From an uncultured bacterium (lineage in GTDB: Bacteria > Patescibacteriota > JAHJAL01): a stretch of 64,000 nucleotides of DNA. Below are positions 1-10,354 of the stretch, in pieces; position 1 is the first letter of the stretch; every line of letters starts with the position of its first letter. The notes below the pieces were generated by a model that was given only the letters and a program-made list of their open reading frames with translations, made no database searches and was not told the origin of the DNA. The stretch is from positions 65,313 to 129,312 of the forward strand of contig CALKWM010000039.1 in assembly GCA_938004065.1 (NCBI GenBank), read 5' to 3'. The position numbers and the translations under genes are program-made.

Positions 1-5
1 AACAG

Positions 6-1145
6 TTGATTCCTCTGCTAAATTCCGGCGATATCATCGTTGATGGCGGAAATTCTTTTTTTCAAGACACCATCAGAAGAGAAAAATATCTGCAAGAGAA
101 AGGTATAAATTTTGTCGGGATGGGTGTTTCCGGTGGTGAAGAAGGTGCTAGAAAAGGCCCCGCCATCATGCCCGGTGGCAGTCAAACAGCTTGGGAAAAA
201 CTAAGTCCGATCTTGCAAAAAATCGCCGCCAAAGATTTTACCGGCAACCCATGCGTGGCGCATATCGGCCCCAACGGGGCCGGCCATTACGTCAAGATGG
301 TTCACAATGGGATCGAATACATCGATATGCAACTTATTGCCGAAACCTACTGGTATATGAAAAAAGCAATGGGGTTGGACAACGAACAGATGGCGGCCCA
401 ATTCGAAATTTGGAACCAAGGCCGACTCAATTCTTTTTTGATCGAAATTACCGCCAAGATCTTGCGCCAAAAAGACGCCTCGGGCAACTATGTGCTTGAT
501 ACAATTTTGGATAGTGCCGGCAACAAAGGTACGGGCAAATGGACTTCGATCGAGTCATTGCATCTGGGCGCCCCTTCTTTTGGTTTTGTTGGTGCCGTTT
601 TGGCGAGATATGTCTCAGCACAAAAAGAACACCGCTTAGCTATCTCGTCACTATACCACAATCAGGAAAATAGCATAACTGATCAAATCAGCTTTGACCA
701 ATTGGAAAGTGCGCTGTATGTTTCCAAGATTTTGGCTTACGCCCAGGGTTACGAACTGCTATCTTTTGCCGGTAAAGAATACAACTGGAATTTGGATTTT
801 TCTCAAATATCCAATTTGTGGCAAGGAGGTTGCATTATTCGAGCTAAGTTTTTGCAAAAAATCGCTCAAGTTTTCGTGGAAAATAAAGCTACAAAAAATC
901 TTATCGAAACTGATTATTTTCGCGATATTTTGATTGAAGAAATGGATAATTTACGCAAAGTTATCATTGCCTCGGTCAAATCACACCTTCCGGTTACGGC
1001 TATGATGTCCGGATTGACTTATTTTGACAGCATGACCAGTGATCGGCTTCCCGCCAATTTGCTGCAAGCCCAACGGGATTTTTTCGGGGCCCATACCTAT
1101 CAAACCGAGATTAATGGCGAGTTTTACCACCACCAATGGGAATAA
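6..1145 (+). CDS. gnd: 6-phosphogluconate dehydrogenase, decarboxylating (5' truncated by window edge)
   Basis: Motifs IVDGGNS, GVSGGEEGA, GAGHYVKMVHNGIEY, GGCIIRA, QAQRDFFGAHTY. Confidence 0.97.
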   Translation: MIPLLNSGDIIVDGGNSFFQDTIRREKYLQEKGINFVGMGVSGGEEGARKGPAIMPGGSQTAWEKLSPILQKIAAKDFTGNPCVAHIGPNGAGHYVKMVHNGIEYIDMQLIAETYWYMKKAMGLDNEQMAAQFEIWNQGRLNSFLIEITAKILRQKDASGNYVLDTILDSAGNKGTGKWTSIESLHLGAPSFGFVGAVLARYVSAQKEHRLAISSLYHNQENSITDQISFDQLESALYVSKILAYAQGYELLSFAGKEYNWNLDFSQISNLWQGGCIIRAKFLQKIAQVFVENKATKNLIETDYFRDILIEEMDNLRKVIIASVKSHLPVTAMMSGLTYFDSMTSDRLPANLLQAQRDFFGAHTYQTEINGEFYHHQWE

Positions 1146-1867
1146 CGCACAAAAGCAATATCAAATGGCATTACGTAAGAGATAATACGGAAGCGGCCAG
1201 GATCGTCGGCCAAAAAATTTCCGCCGATCTTACCAATTGGAACAATGAACCGGTGTTGCTTCTGCTCTCCGGCGGATCATCCCTGCGGATATTGGACTAT
1301 ATCGAAATCCAAAATTGGACAAATATTACCCTATTTTTTTTGGATGAAAGATTTAGTGTCAACAATACGGATAGTAATTTCGCCGAACTGACGCGAACAA
1401 ACTGGTTTACCGAAATTTCCCAAGCCAACGCCAACTTTATCGATAGCCGCGTACTCCCCGGCGAAAATCAAAATTCCTTTAGCAAGCGGTTAACCGAAAA
1501 TTTGAATAGTTGGCTTAAAAAAAATCCCACCGGCAAAAAAATAGCCATCATGGGAATGGGGCCGGACGGACATATCGGCGGTATCTTTCCCTACCCGGAA
1601 AATCCCGATTTATTTGCCGAGCTATTTACCGGTCGAGAACTGATTGTTTTACACGATGTTACCGGAAAAAACAAATTTCCCCACCGAGTTACCACCACTT
1701 ATAGTTTTTTTCATCTCATCGACAAAAGTTACGCCTATATTTGCGGGGAAGAAAAAAGAAAAGCTTTGTCCGAATTGCAAAAAAATAAATTGCCCCATTA
1801 TCAATTGCCGGCCAAAATCTTGTATAATTTAAAAGACGTATTTTTAGTAACCGATATCAATATTTAA
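1136..1867 (+). CDS. pgl: 6-phosphogluconolactonase
   Basis: LLSGGSS, DERF, GMGPDGHI motifs; lies between gnd and zwf. Confidence 0.85.
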   Translation: MGITHKSNIKWHYVRDNTEAARIVGQKISADLTNWNNEPVLLLLSGGSSLRILDYIEIQNWTNITLFFLDERFSVNNTDSNFAELTRTNWFTEISQANANFIDSRVLPGENQNSFSKRLTENLNSWLKKNPTGKKIAIMGMGPDGHIGGIFPYPENPDLFAELFTGRELIVLHDVTGKNKFPHRVTTTYSFFHLIDKSYAYICGEEKRKALSELQKNKLPHYQLPAKILYNLKDVFLVTDINI

Positions 1868-1869
1868 TC

Positions 1870-1970
1870 AGTAACGCAAATTAATTTTCTTATCTCTCAT
1901 CCTTGGAATTGACATCCGCCTAGGGTGGGTCTCGATATCTTTGGATGCATACCATGTTATTTAGCACTAC
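1870..1970. repeat. Degenerate copy of the GTCATCCTCGAA...GGATCCATACCAT / TTAGCACTAC intergenic element
   Basis: ctcatccttggaatt...ccgcctagggtgg...ggatgcataccat...ttagcactac resembles the 3378-3638 element. Confidence 0.6.
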
Positions 1971-1992
1971 GTATTATTAAATAAATTTAGAT

Positions 1993-3375
1993 ATGTCCTC
2001 TCAAAAAAATCCGGTTGAATTTGTACTTTTTGGTGCCAGTGGTGATCTGTCACGGGAAAAAATATATCCCGCTTTATTCAACATTTTTGATCCCCAAAAT
2101 CCCTTTTCCTACGTCGGTTATTCTCGCACCCAATTTTCCGCCGATGAATTTGAAAAATTGGTCCGGGAAGCGGTCATCAAAAAATACCCGCATGCCAACA
2201 GGCAGAAATTAACACAATTTGCTCAACGTTTTCGATACATTAGCGGTTCCTATGACACTGATGGTATCGCCCGGTTAAAGTCCCATCAAAAAAATCTCTT
2301 CCGCTACTATTATTTGGCCATCCCATCTGATTTTGCTTTGATTAAAAATGTCGTTGATGGTCTGAAAAAAAATCAGTTAACTCAAAAAAGTATAATTGTT
2401 CTCGAAAAGCCGTTTGGTACTGATTACAATTCCGCCAAACAGTTAAATAACTTTTTGCTAAAGTATTTTCCGGAAGAAATGATCTATCGCATTGATCACT
2501 ACCTGGCCAAAGATCTGGTACAGGATATGCTGGCGTTGCGCTTTGCCAATCCGATTTTTGTTCCCATTTGGAACAACCGCTACATCCAAGACATCACCAT
2601 CAATATCATGGAAAAAGACGGCATCAGAAATCGCGGCCAATACTATGAAAATTCCGGCGCCATCAAAGATATGATTCAAAATCATGCCCTGCAACTATTG
2701 GCCTTGACCTTGATGGATATGCCCAAGAGTCTGTCCGCTCTCGATATTGATCTGGCCAAAACCAATATTTTAAAAAAACTAAAATTATATAAACATGACC
2801 AACTGGCTCCGGTAACCATCGGACAGTATGAGGGATATCGCCGGGAAAAATTTGTTGCTCCCCAATCTATGGTTGAAACTTTTGTCTCGATGATTGTGGC
2901 AGTCGATAGCGAAAAATGGCGCGGTGTCCCGATCCGCATTGTCTCCGGCAAAAAAATGCCACAAAAAACCACCGACATCATCGTCAATTTTAAAAATATC
3001 GATCATTGTTTGTGGAATAAAGGTCAATGCAAAATTTTAAATAACCAAATCCGGATAAATATTCAACCGGATAATGATATTCATCTGCGGCTCAATTCCG
3101 AATTTGATCCCATCTCCAAATGTGCCAATCCCACCGTATTACGTTTTGGTTACCAGGACAACAAATATATTTTGAAAGACTCATACGAAAATGCTTTGCA
3201 AGATTTATTTCACCAAGATCGATTTACTTGTACCAATTCCAGTGAAATATTGTTATCTTGGAAATTTATCGATGAACTAATGCAAAATCTAGCCAACGAT
3301 AGAAAAAATAATTTGCTTATTTATAATGCAAAAAACATCGACCGGATAATCAAAAAGCAGATTATTCACCAATAG
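1993..3375 (+). CDS. zwf: Glucose-6-phosphate 1-dehydrogenase
   Basis: FGASGDLS, LEKPFG, RIDHYLAK, DMIQNH motifs. Confidence 0.95.
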   Translation: MSSQKNPVEFVLFGASGDLSREKIYPALFNIFDPQNPFSYVGYSRTQFSADEFEKLVREAVIKKYPHANRQKLTQFAQRFRYISGSYDTDGIARLKSHQKNLFRYYYLAIPSDFALIKNVVDGLKKNQLTQKSIIVLEKPFGTDYNSAKQLNNFLLKYFPEEMIYRIDHYLAKDLVQDMLALRFANPIFVPIWNNRYIQDITINIMEKDGIRNRGQYYENSGAIKDMIQNHALQLLALTLMDMPKSLSALDIDLAKTNILKKLKLYKHDQLAPVTIGQYEGYRREKFVAPQSMVETFVSMIVAVDSEKWRGVPIRIVSGKKMPQKTTDIIVNFKNIDHCLWNKGQCKILNNQIRINIQPDNDIHLRLNSEFDPISKCANPTVLRFGYQDNKYILKDSYENALQDLFHQDRFTCTNSSEILLSWKFIDELMQNLANDRKNNLLIYNAKNIDRIIKKQIIHQ

Positions 3376-3377
3376 TT

Positions 3378-3638
3378 TAAATTTATGAGTAGTGCTAATT
3401 ATTTTTTTTATCTGTCATCCTCGAATCGATCCGCCTTGCCTGCCCGCCTTGGGTGGGGGCGGACGATAACTTGTCCGCCTCGGGCGGATCGGGGATCCAT
3501 ACCATATTTCTTAATTTATGAGTAGTGCAAAATAATTTTTTCCTGTCATCCTCGAATCTAAAGCGAGTCATCGAGCGCTTAGATATCGGGGATCCATACC
3601 ATATTTCTTATTTTTATTTAGCACTACTCATAAATTTA
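3378..3638. repeat. MITE/REP-like composite element with perfect 21-bp terminal inverted repeats and two internal tandem units
   Basis: taaatttatgagtagtgctaa (3378-3398) is the reverse complement of ttagcactactcataaattta (3618-3638); two internal units ctgtcatcctcgaatc...tcggggatccataccatatttctta. Confidence 0.8.
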
Positions 3639-5101
3639 TGAAGACGAAAAAATTTACCATTCTCCATTCCAATGATATGCACGGTGACTTTCTGGCGGAG
3701 GCGGCGGCCGGCCAAGGTGAAATGATCGGCGGACTGGCTTTGTTGTCCGGATATATCAACCAAGTCCGCCGGGAAGAAGAAAATGTCTTGTATGTAATTT
3801 CCGGGGACATGGTCCAAGGATCTTTGATTGATTCCGAATACAAAGGCATTTCGACAATGGAAATCATGAATTATCTCTCTCCCGATGTGGTATCTTTGGG
3901 CAATCATGAATTTGATTATGGCTTGCCCCATCTATTATTTCTGGAAAAGATGGCCAATTTTCCGATAGTAAATGCCAATCTCTATATCAAAAAATACCAC
4001 AAACGTTTGATGCAACCTTATTTGATTATAAAAAAAGACGGTTTTGATATTCTCTTTACCGGCATTATTACTGAAAAAGTGATGGACTCGATCAGCCAGG
4101 ACAAATTGATCGGCAGTTTTGTAACCCTCGAAGAAGCCAGCGCCGAAGTTGGTAAGATTACCAACGCTTACAAAAAAGACGATATCGATTTAACTATTTT
4201 ACTGACTCATATTGGCTTTGAATCAGACTTGGAATTGGCCGGCATGCTCAAACCGGAATGGGGAGTAGACATGATTATCGGTGGACATTCGCATACGATT
4301 TTGGAAAAACCGGCCACAGTAAACAATATTTTAATTGCTCAAGCGGGGGTGGGCACCAATCAGATCGGTCGCTTCGATATCGTTGTCGATGATGACACCA
4401 ATAGTATTGTTGACTGGAAATGGCAACTGATCCCGATCAATGAAAAAATAGCCGAACCCGATCAGGAATTATTGGTTTATATTGACTCATACAAAAAAGA
4501 AGTAGATCGCAAATTCAATACTCTGATTGCCAAACTCGCCGGTAAATTGACTCACCCGGCTCGAGAAATTGAGACCAGTTTAGGCAATTTTGTCGCCGAT
4601 GCTTTTGCCGAAACGGCCGAATGCGATGTTATGTTCGTTGGTTCCGGCTCCATCCGTACCAAGGAACTTGGTCCCAAAGTAACGTTGGGTGATTTGAATG
4701 AATGTTTTCCTTACGACGATAGCTTAACCAGATTTACGATCGATGGTACTACCCTCAAACAAATATTTGCGTATATCATGCGACCGGAAAATCGTGATGG
4801 TGAAGGTGAATGTTATCAAGTAAGCTCCGGTATTGCCGCGGTATATGATGATAAAACCAAATCCCTGTCATCTTTGTCATACAAAAATAAACCGGTCAAA
4901 GACTCCGGTTGTTATCGAATTTGTCTGCAAGGTTATCATGTTAGCCAGGCGGCAAATTATCTGGGAGTTAGTGAAGAAATATTGCGAGAATCGGGGCAGG
5001 CCAAAGTCATCGCTACCTCCGCCAAAACCGTTTTGGAAGAATATGTAAGAAATCATCAAAACCAAAATTCCCAAATTGAAGGGCGCTTGGTCTATCGATA
5101 A
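3638..5101 (+). CDS. Bifunctional metallophosphatase / 5'-nucleotidase
   Basis: NDMHG, SGD, GNHEFD, GGHSH motifs plus C-terminal nucleotidase domain; no signal peptide. Confidence 0.92.
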   Translation: MKTKKFTILHSNDMHGDFLAEAAAGQGEMIGGLALLSGYINQVRREEENVLYVISGDMVQGSLIDSEYKGISTMEIMNYLSPDVVSLGNHEFDYGLPHLLFLEKMANFPIVNANLYIKKYHKRLMQPYLIIKKDGFDILFTGIITEKVMDSISQDKLIGSFVTLEEASAEVGKITNAYKKDDIDLTILLTHIGFESDLELAGMLKPEWGVDMIIGGHSHTILEKPATVNNILIAQAGVGTNQIGRFDIVVDDDTNSIVDWKWQLIPINEKIAEPDQELLVYIDSYKKEVDRKFNTLIAKLAGKLTHPAREIETSLGNFVADAFAETAECDVMFVGSGSIRTKELGPKVTLGDLNECFPYDDSLTRFTIDGTTLKQIFAYIMRPENRDGEGECYQVSSGIAAVYDDKTKSLSSLSYKNKPVKDSGCYRICLQGYHVSQAANYLGVSEEILRESGQAKVIATSAKTVLEEYVRNHQNQNSQIEGRLVYR

Positions 5102-5106
5102 AATTT

Positions 5107-6882
5107 TTAACTTTTTCTCTGCTCGTGTATCAACATATCAACCGCCTGCTCCATCGATCCGGCCTCGACAATCCGGCCATTGTTGACAAAAAATATCACG
5201 TCCGCCTTGGCGATAGTATTTAGCCGGTGAGCGATAATCACCCGTATCGTTTTTTTAGGTAATTTGTCCAATATCTCTTGTAATAATTGTTCGGTCATCG
5301 TATCGATATTGGCGGTGGCTTCATCCAAAATCAACAAATCAGGTTGACGCAAAACCACTTGGATAAAAGCTATTAACTGTTTCTGACCGTGGCTGACACT
5401 GTCATCCCCCGGTTTTATTTGCGTTTCCAATCCATCGTTGAACCGATCCAATAATTTTTTTAGTCCCGCTTGTCGCAATATCTCCATCAGTTTTTCCGGG
5501 GTGGTATCCTGGCACAAATTATTACCATAAACGATGTTCTCGCGTAAAGAGCCGGTAAATAAAAATGGTTCTTGTAAAATATATCCGATTTTCTGCGTCC
5601 GCTCCTCTGGTTTGTAGGATCGAATATCCCGACCGCCAAAATATATCGTTCCGTTCGTTGGATCATAAAGTCGGGCCATCAGAGAAGCGGTAGTTGTCTT
5701 CCCGCCACCGGTCGGACCGACAAAAGCGTACGTTTTACCTGCTTCTAAATTGAAATTGATATTGCTTAAAACTTCTTTGCCATCAGGATAAGCAAAACTG
5801 ACATTTTTGAAAGTAATCAAATTTTCGGTCGAAACACTTTTTACCCCGATGTTTTTTTCAATCAGTAAATTATTTTTTAGTTCCAAGATATTTACTATCC
5901 GATCCCAACCGGCCAAGGCCACTTGAAAACCGGCCCACAATGAAGCCATCTGCCTCAATGGTGTATAAAAAATATTTACGTAAGCCAAATAACTCACCAA
6001 CCAACCGATAGTAAATTGGCCATTTCCAATAAGATATAAACCCAACATCAAGACGCCAAATTGTCCCAAATGAGCCAACAATCCGTATGTCGGGATAAAA
6101 ATATTGTTGGCCATTCCGGCCAAGATGGCCGATTGATAGTTTTGTTTGTTGACGAGGTCAAACTGTTTTTGAAAATAATCCCGCCGATTATAGGCCGCAA
6201 TCACCTTGAAATTGTCCAAGCTTTCTTGAATCTCAGCACTCATTCCGCCCGTATTTTGTAAACTTAAAGCATTGCGATTTTTAACCCAAGGCGACACCAA
6301 TCTGGTAAAAATCAGTAAAAACAAAGTTGGTATAAGTGCTACCAAACCCATCAGTGGATTGATCACTAACAGCAGTATCGCCGCACCGATCATGATGAAA
6401 ATATTGCCGACAAACTGCATCAGGGTTTGGGAAAAAAATTGGTTCAATTTATCACTATCGTTGTTTATCCTGGATATCAAATCTCCGGCTTTATTTTGGT
6501 TAAAAAAAGCTATCGGCAAATCCTGCAATTTGGTGAAAATGGCGTTTCTAAGTTCATATAACGCTTTTTGTCCGACAGTTCCCATCTTGATAGTCTGCAG
6601 ATAATTGGCCAAAAAAGCCAAGATAAAAAGAACCAACAATATTGCCGAATAAACCAACACACCATCAAAAAGTTTTTGTGATATGAAGCGATCAACCGCT
6701 TGCCCGATCAACACCGGCGCCATCAAATTGAGAACCGAATTCAAAATTATCGCTACTCCCGCCCAGATCAAATCTCGTTGGCTGGATTTCAAAAAAAGCC
6801 ACATGCTTTTCCAGGATCCGTATATTGAGGATTTAGAAACCTTATTTTCCTGATTGTTTTTTTGATTAAGATCGTAATTCAT
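5107..6882 (-). CDS. ABC exporter, fused permease/ATPase subunit 2
   Basis: TM domain, Walker A GPTGGGKT, signature SHGQKQ, LILDEAT; probable start MNYDL at 6882. Confidence 0.93.
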   Translation of the reverse strand: MNYDLNQKNNQENKVSKSSIYGSWKSMWLFLKSSQRDLIWAGVAIILNSVLNLMAPVLIGQAVDRFISQKLFDGVLVYSAILLVLFILAFLANYLQTIKMGTVGQKALYELRNAIFTKLQDLPIAFFNQNKAGDLISRINNDSDKLNQFFSQTLMQFVGNIFIMIGAAILLLVINPLMGLVALIPTLFLLIFTRLVSPWVKNRNALSLQNTGGMSAEIQESLDNFKVIAAYNRRDYFQKQFDLVNKQNYQSAILAGMANNIFIPTYGLLAHLGQFGVLMLGLYLIGNGQFTIGWLVSYLAYVNIFYTPLRQMASLWAGFQVALAGWDRIVNILELKNNLLIEKNIGVKSVSTENLITFKNVSFAYPDGKEVLSNINFNLEAGKTYAFVGPTGGGKTTTASLMARLYDPTNGTIYFGGRDIRSYKPEERTQKIGYILQEPFLFTGSLRENIVYGNNLCQDTTPEKLMEILRQAGLKKLLDRFNDGLETQIKPGDDSVSHGQKQLIAFIQVVLRQPDLLILDEATANIDTMTEQLLQEILDKLPKKTIRVIIAHRLNTIAKADVIFFVNNGRIVEAGSMEQAVDMLIHEQRKS

Positions 6883-8620
6883 AACTACTGGTACTTTGTT
6901 GTGATTGATATATTTGAGCATATTCCGGACAGGTGGACAGCAATTGTTCGTGCCGACCGCTGGCGATCATTTCCCCCTCCATTAACAAGACAATTTGCTC
7001 ATAATGCTCGATGGTGGATATCTTTTGCGTCACCGAAATCAAGGTGATATGCGGATAATTTTTTTGAATATTTTGGAGAATTTTTTGTTCGGTTTGGTTG
7101 TCCACTCGAGCAGTAAAATCGTCCAGCAACAATATTTTTGGATTGAGAGCCAATGCTCTAGCCAGCATGATGCGCTGTTTTTGGCCACCAGATAAACTGG
7201 TTCCTCTCTCAGAGATGATCGTTTCCATTTTATCCGGCAGAGAATCGATGAACTCATCCAATTCGGCGGTTTGAATAGCTTTAATCATTGCATCATCGTC
7301 GATTGTATCGCCAAATGAAATATTTTCGCGCAAACTTAAATTGAACAATACGCTATCCTGAAAAACCAGACCGATTTGACGGTGCAAGCTATTCTGTTCA
7401 TGTTCCGATACATCAATACCATCGAAAAGTATTTTACCAAAATCAGGTTTGATTAATCCAATCAAAAGATACACGAGTTGCGTTTTACCGGCCGCGGTCG
7501 GTCCGATAATAGCCGTTTTGCTACCGGCCGGGAAATCTATCGTTACTTTTTTTAGTACCGTTTTTGAACCATAAATTTTGCTCACCTGTTCCAATCTTAA
7601 ATCGCCCCGTAATCTGTTTTTATTGTTTCCGTTTTCGCAGGGTACAGGTTGGTTCAATATCTCATCGATGCGTTCATAAGAGGCGGTTGCCTGGGCGATC
7701 AAGTTGCTCATAAAACCAATAATAATTATCGGAAAAATTAATATTGATACATAGTTCATAAAAGCAGTAAAATCACCTAGAGACAATTGATCGGAAATAA
7801 CCAGCTTTCCACCCAGAGCCAGGATAATTAATATAGTCAAATTGGCCACCAGAGAAATAATCGGAATCATCGTGGCAAATAATTTCAGAATTTCCATCCC
7901 CAGATTTTTAGCTTCCAAATTGGCCGACAAAAATTTATAGTACTCCGTTTGCTGGGAATTAAGCACTCTGATCAAACTTGCTCCCAAAATGCTTTCGTTA
8001 ATAGTCTGATTGAGACGATCGAGGATCTCCCTGGCTTTGGTAAACAATGTTTTGATCCGGCCAAAAATGACCGCAAAAGTCAGTCCGATAATCGGCACGA
8101 CTGCCAACACCGCCAAAGCCAACCGCCAATTCATGTAAATCAAGATAGTACTAACACCCAATATCACAAACAAGGAAGAGACAATCGATACTATTGCTTG
8201 GCCAACGAACATTTTAATCGAATCGATGTCAGCCGTCAGATTGGTCAGCAATCTGGCAGTTGTTTTCTCTTGGATAAAGGCGAAATTTTGATACGAAATT
8301 CGTTCGATTAATTTTTGCCTCAAATCTCTGGCCACTCTCTCTGACGCGATAGTCTGGACTATACTTTGCAGATAAAACAGGACAAAAACTCCGATCGCTG
8401 TTATACCAAAATACCAGCCGGTTTGTCGCATATCAAATACGCCCGCGGTAAAATCATCAATTGCCACGGCGATTATTTTTGGCACTATCAGATTGAGCGC
8501 ATTACTCAACAACGCCAGTACAATTAACAAAACTATCCACCAGGCATACGGTTTAAGTAAATCAATCATTTTACTCCAGGAATTATTCCTGTTATTGGTT
8601 TTGATAGCTGTTTTTTTCAC
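6866..8620 (-). CDS. ABC exporter, fused permease/ATPase subunit 1 (degenerate site)
   Basis: GPTAAGKT, LSGGQKQR, LLDDFT with D replacing catalytic E and Q in the H-switch, typical of heterodimeric exporters. Confidence 0.93.
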   Translation of the reverse strand: MKKTAIKTNNRNNSWSKMIDLLKPYAWWIVLLIVLALLSNALNLIVPKIIAVAIDDFTAGVFDMRQTGWYFGITAIGVFVLFYLQSIVQTIASERVARDLRQKLIERISYQNFAFIQEKTTARLLTNLTADIDSIKMFVGQAIVSIVSSLFVILGVSTILIYMNWRLALAVLAVVPIIGLTFAVIFGRIKTLFTKAREILDRLNQTINESILGASLIRVLNSQQTEYYKFLSANLEAKNLGMEILKLFATMIPIISLVANLTILIILALGGKLVISDQLSLGDFTAFMNYVSILIFPIIIIGFMSNLIAQATASYERIDEILNQPVPCENGNNKNRLRGDLRLEQVSKIYGSKTVLKKVTIDFPAGSKTAIIGPTAAGKTQLVYLLIGLIKPDFGKILFDGIDVSEHEQNSLHRQIGLVFQDSVLFNLSLRENISFGDTIDDDAMIKAIQTAELDEFIDSLPDKMETIISERGTSLSGGQKQRIMLARALALNPKILLLDDFTARVDNQTEQKILQNIQKNYPHITLISVTQKISTIEHYEQIVLLMEGEMIASGRHEQLLSTCPEYAQIYQSQQSTSSYELRS

Positions 8621-8899
8621 GATATTAACATTATAACCCCGTTTGGTCGCTAATGAATAATGAATAATTAAGAATTAATTGAGAAACAAAAATTAGGTAT
8701 AATTAAACCGTTAAACATTAATTAACAACAAAAACATCAAATATTAAAAATATTTTTTTAAAATAAATTTCATGCAAATAATATTTGATGCGATTTTCGG
8801 TATGAAATTATTTATTTATATTATTTTTTAAATTATTTATTATTGCATAGTGCCAATTATTTTCCTCATTTGTTATCCTTATTAATTACCAATTTTAAA

Positions 8900-9652
8900 A
8901 TGTCTCAATACTATCAAGCCAACCGAGCCAGAAATATTTATAACCCCAAAGATAAAACACCGTTCAAATTATCCCGCTCTAAAATCGACTTATTTGTCGA
9001 ATGCCCCCGCTGTTTTTACCTCGATCGTCGCCTGGGAGTGGGTCGCCCGCCGGGATTTCCTTTTAGCTTGAATTCCGCGGTGGACAAATTGCTCAAGCAG
9101 GAATTTGATATTCATCGCCGTCATCAAACTACTCATCCTTTGATCGAAAAATACGGTATTGATGCTCATCCGGTAGCACATGAACAACTGGAACAATGGC
9201 GGGAAAATTTTGTCGGGATTCAATACTTGCACCAGCCAACAAATCTGACAATAACCGGCGCAATCGATGATCTTTGGATCAATTCGGCAAATGAATACAT
9301 CGTAGTGGACTACAAATCAACCGCCAAACAAGAACAAATTACCGCTCTCAATCAAGACTGGCACACCGGCTATAAACGGCAGATGGAAATATATCAATGG
9401 CTGCTTCGTCAAAATGGTCTCAAAGTATCCGACATCGGCTATTTTGTCTATTGCAATGGTCGTACCGATCGGGAAGCTTTCGATGGCAAACTGGAGTTTG
9501 ACATTACCTTGATCGCTTATGAAGGCCACGATGCTTGGATAGAACAAGTGCTTAATGATATTTATGCCTGTCTGCAATCATCCGATATCCCGCCTGCCCA
9601 TCCGGATTGCGACTATTGTGCGTATGTTACCGCCAGGCAAAGTTATAAATGA
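8900..9652 (+). CDS. PD-(D/E)XK nuclease family protein (Cas4/AddB-like)
   Basis: LSRSKI..CPRCFY, GAIDDL, VVDYKS, QMEIY, C-terminal CDYC; probable start MSQYY at 8900. Confidence 0.85.
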   Translation: MSQYYQANRARNIYNPKDKTPFKLSRSKIDLFVECPRCFYLDRRLGVGRPPGFPFSLNSAVDKLLKQEFDIHRRHQTTHPLIEKYGIDAHPVAHEQLEQWRENFVGIQYLHQPTNLTITGAIDDLWINSANEYIVVDYKSTAKQEQITALNQDWHTGYKRQMEIYQWLLRQNGLKVSDIGYFVYCNGRTDREAFDGKLEFDITLIAYEGHDAWIEQVLNDIYACLQSSDIPPAHPDCDYCAYVTARQSYK

Positions 9653-9705
9653 TAAAATATCTGGTAGTTATTATTTTTATAACGGTTTAGCAAAATATCA
9701 CATCA

Positions 9706-10245
9706 ATGAGTAAATGGTATAACTATATTTTTTTGTTTTTTGGCTTGTTTGGTTTTGTAGTGTCGCTTACAATACTTTTTTTCGCCATGCGCGCCGTTAT
9801 GGATGTCGGTGGATATTGCGCTGAGGGTGGGGCATATCAGATTTCCGTTCACTGTCCGGAGGGTGTCGCGTATCTAACGCCACTTTCGATTTTTGGTCTA
9901 TTGATCTTTGGTGGCATGTATTTTTTCAACGTCGTCCCCGCCGCTTTCAATTTTGGTTACCTATTCTGGACTGCGTTATTTGGGTCGCTGGGATGGAATT
10001 TTCTCGATTACGCGGTTTTTCAATCCGATAATATCGAAATTGCTTGGCTAATCTGTGCCATTTTGTTTTTACTGATGGCTTTTGGTCCTTTTATCCTGCT
10101 GGTTTTGGTCGCTGACGATATGAAAAATTACCGGGTTGGTTTTGGCAAAAATTTATTTAGAAAAATTATCCTTTTTCTCTATCAAATCATGGCCATTGCT
10201 CTGGGTATCTGGGTCGGGGCATACGTTTTTACCCACCTTTCTTGA
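9706..10245 (+). CDS. Hypothetical multi-pass membrane protein
   Basis: 179-aa ORF with about 5 hydrophobic segments and a Cys pair in a loop. Confidence 0.75.
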   Translation: MSKWYNYIFLFFGLFGFVVSLTILFFAMRAVMDVGGYCAEGGAYQISVHCPEGVAYLTPLSIFGLLIFGGMYFFNVVPAAFNFGYLFWTALFGSLGWNFLDYAVFQSDNIEIAWLICAILFLLMAFGPFILLVLVADDMKNYRVGFGKNLFRKIILFLYQIMAIALGIWVGAYVFTHLS

Positions 10246-10354
10246 ATATTTGATTTTCTTTTTTTGTCGTCAATTCTCCAAATATTTTTTTAGAGATTTT
10301 TTTGCATAAAAAATAGGTAATCTTGAAAAAATAATTACCTACTTTATTTTTTAT

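Noticed and set aside
3378-3638. TTAGCACTA / TAGTGCTAA as CIRCE operators
   Set aside because: The half-sites are in the wrong order, ~220 bp apart, and not at heat-shock genes
8900-9652. Cas4-like nuclease as a sign of CRISPR-Cas
   Set aside because: No other cas genes and no repeat-spacer array in the window
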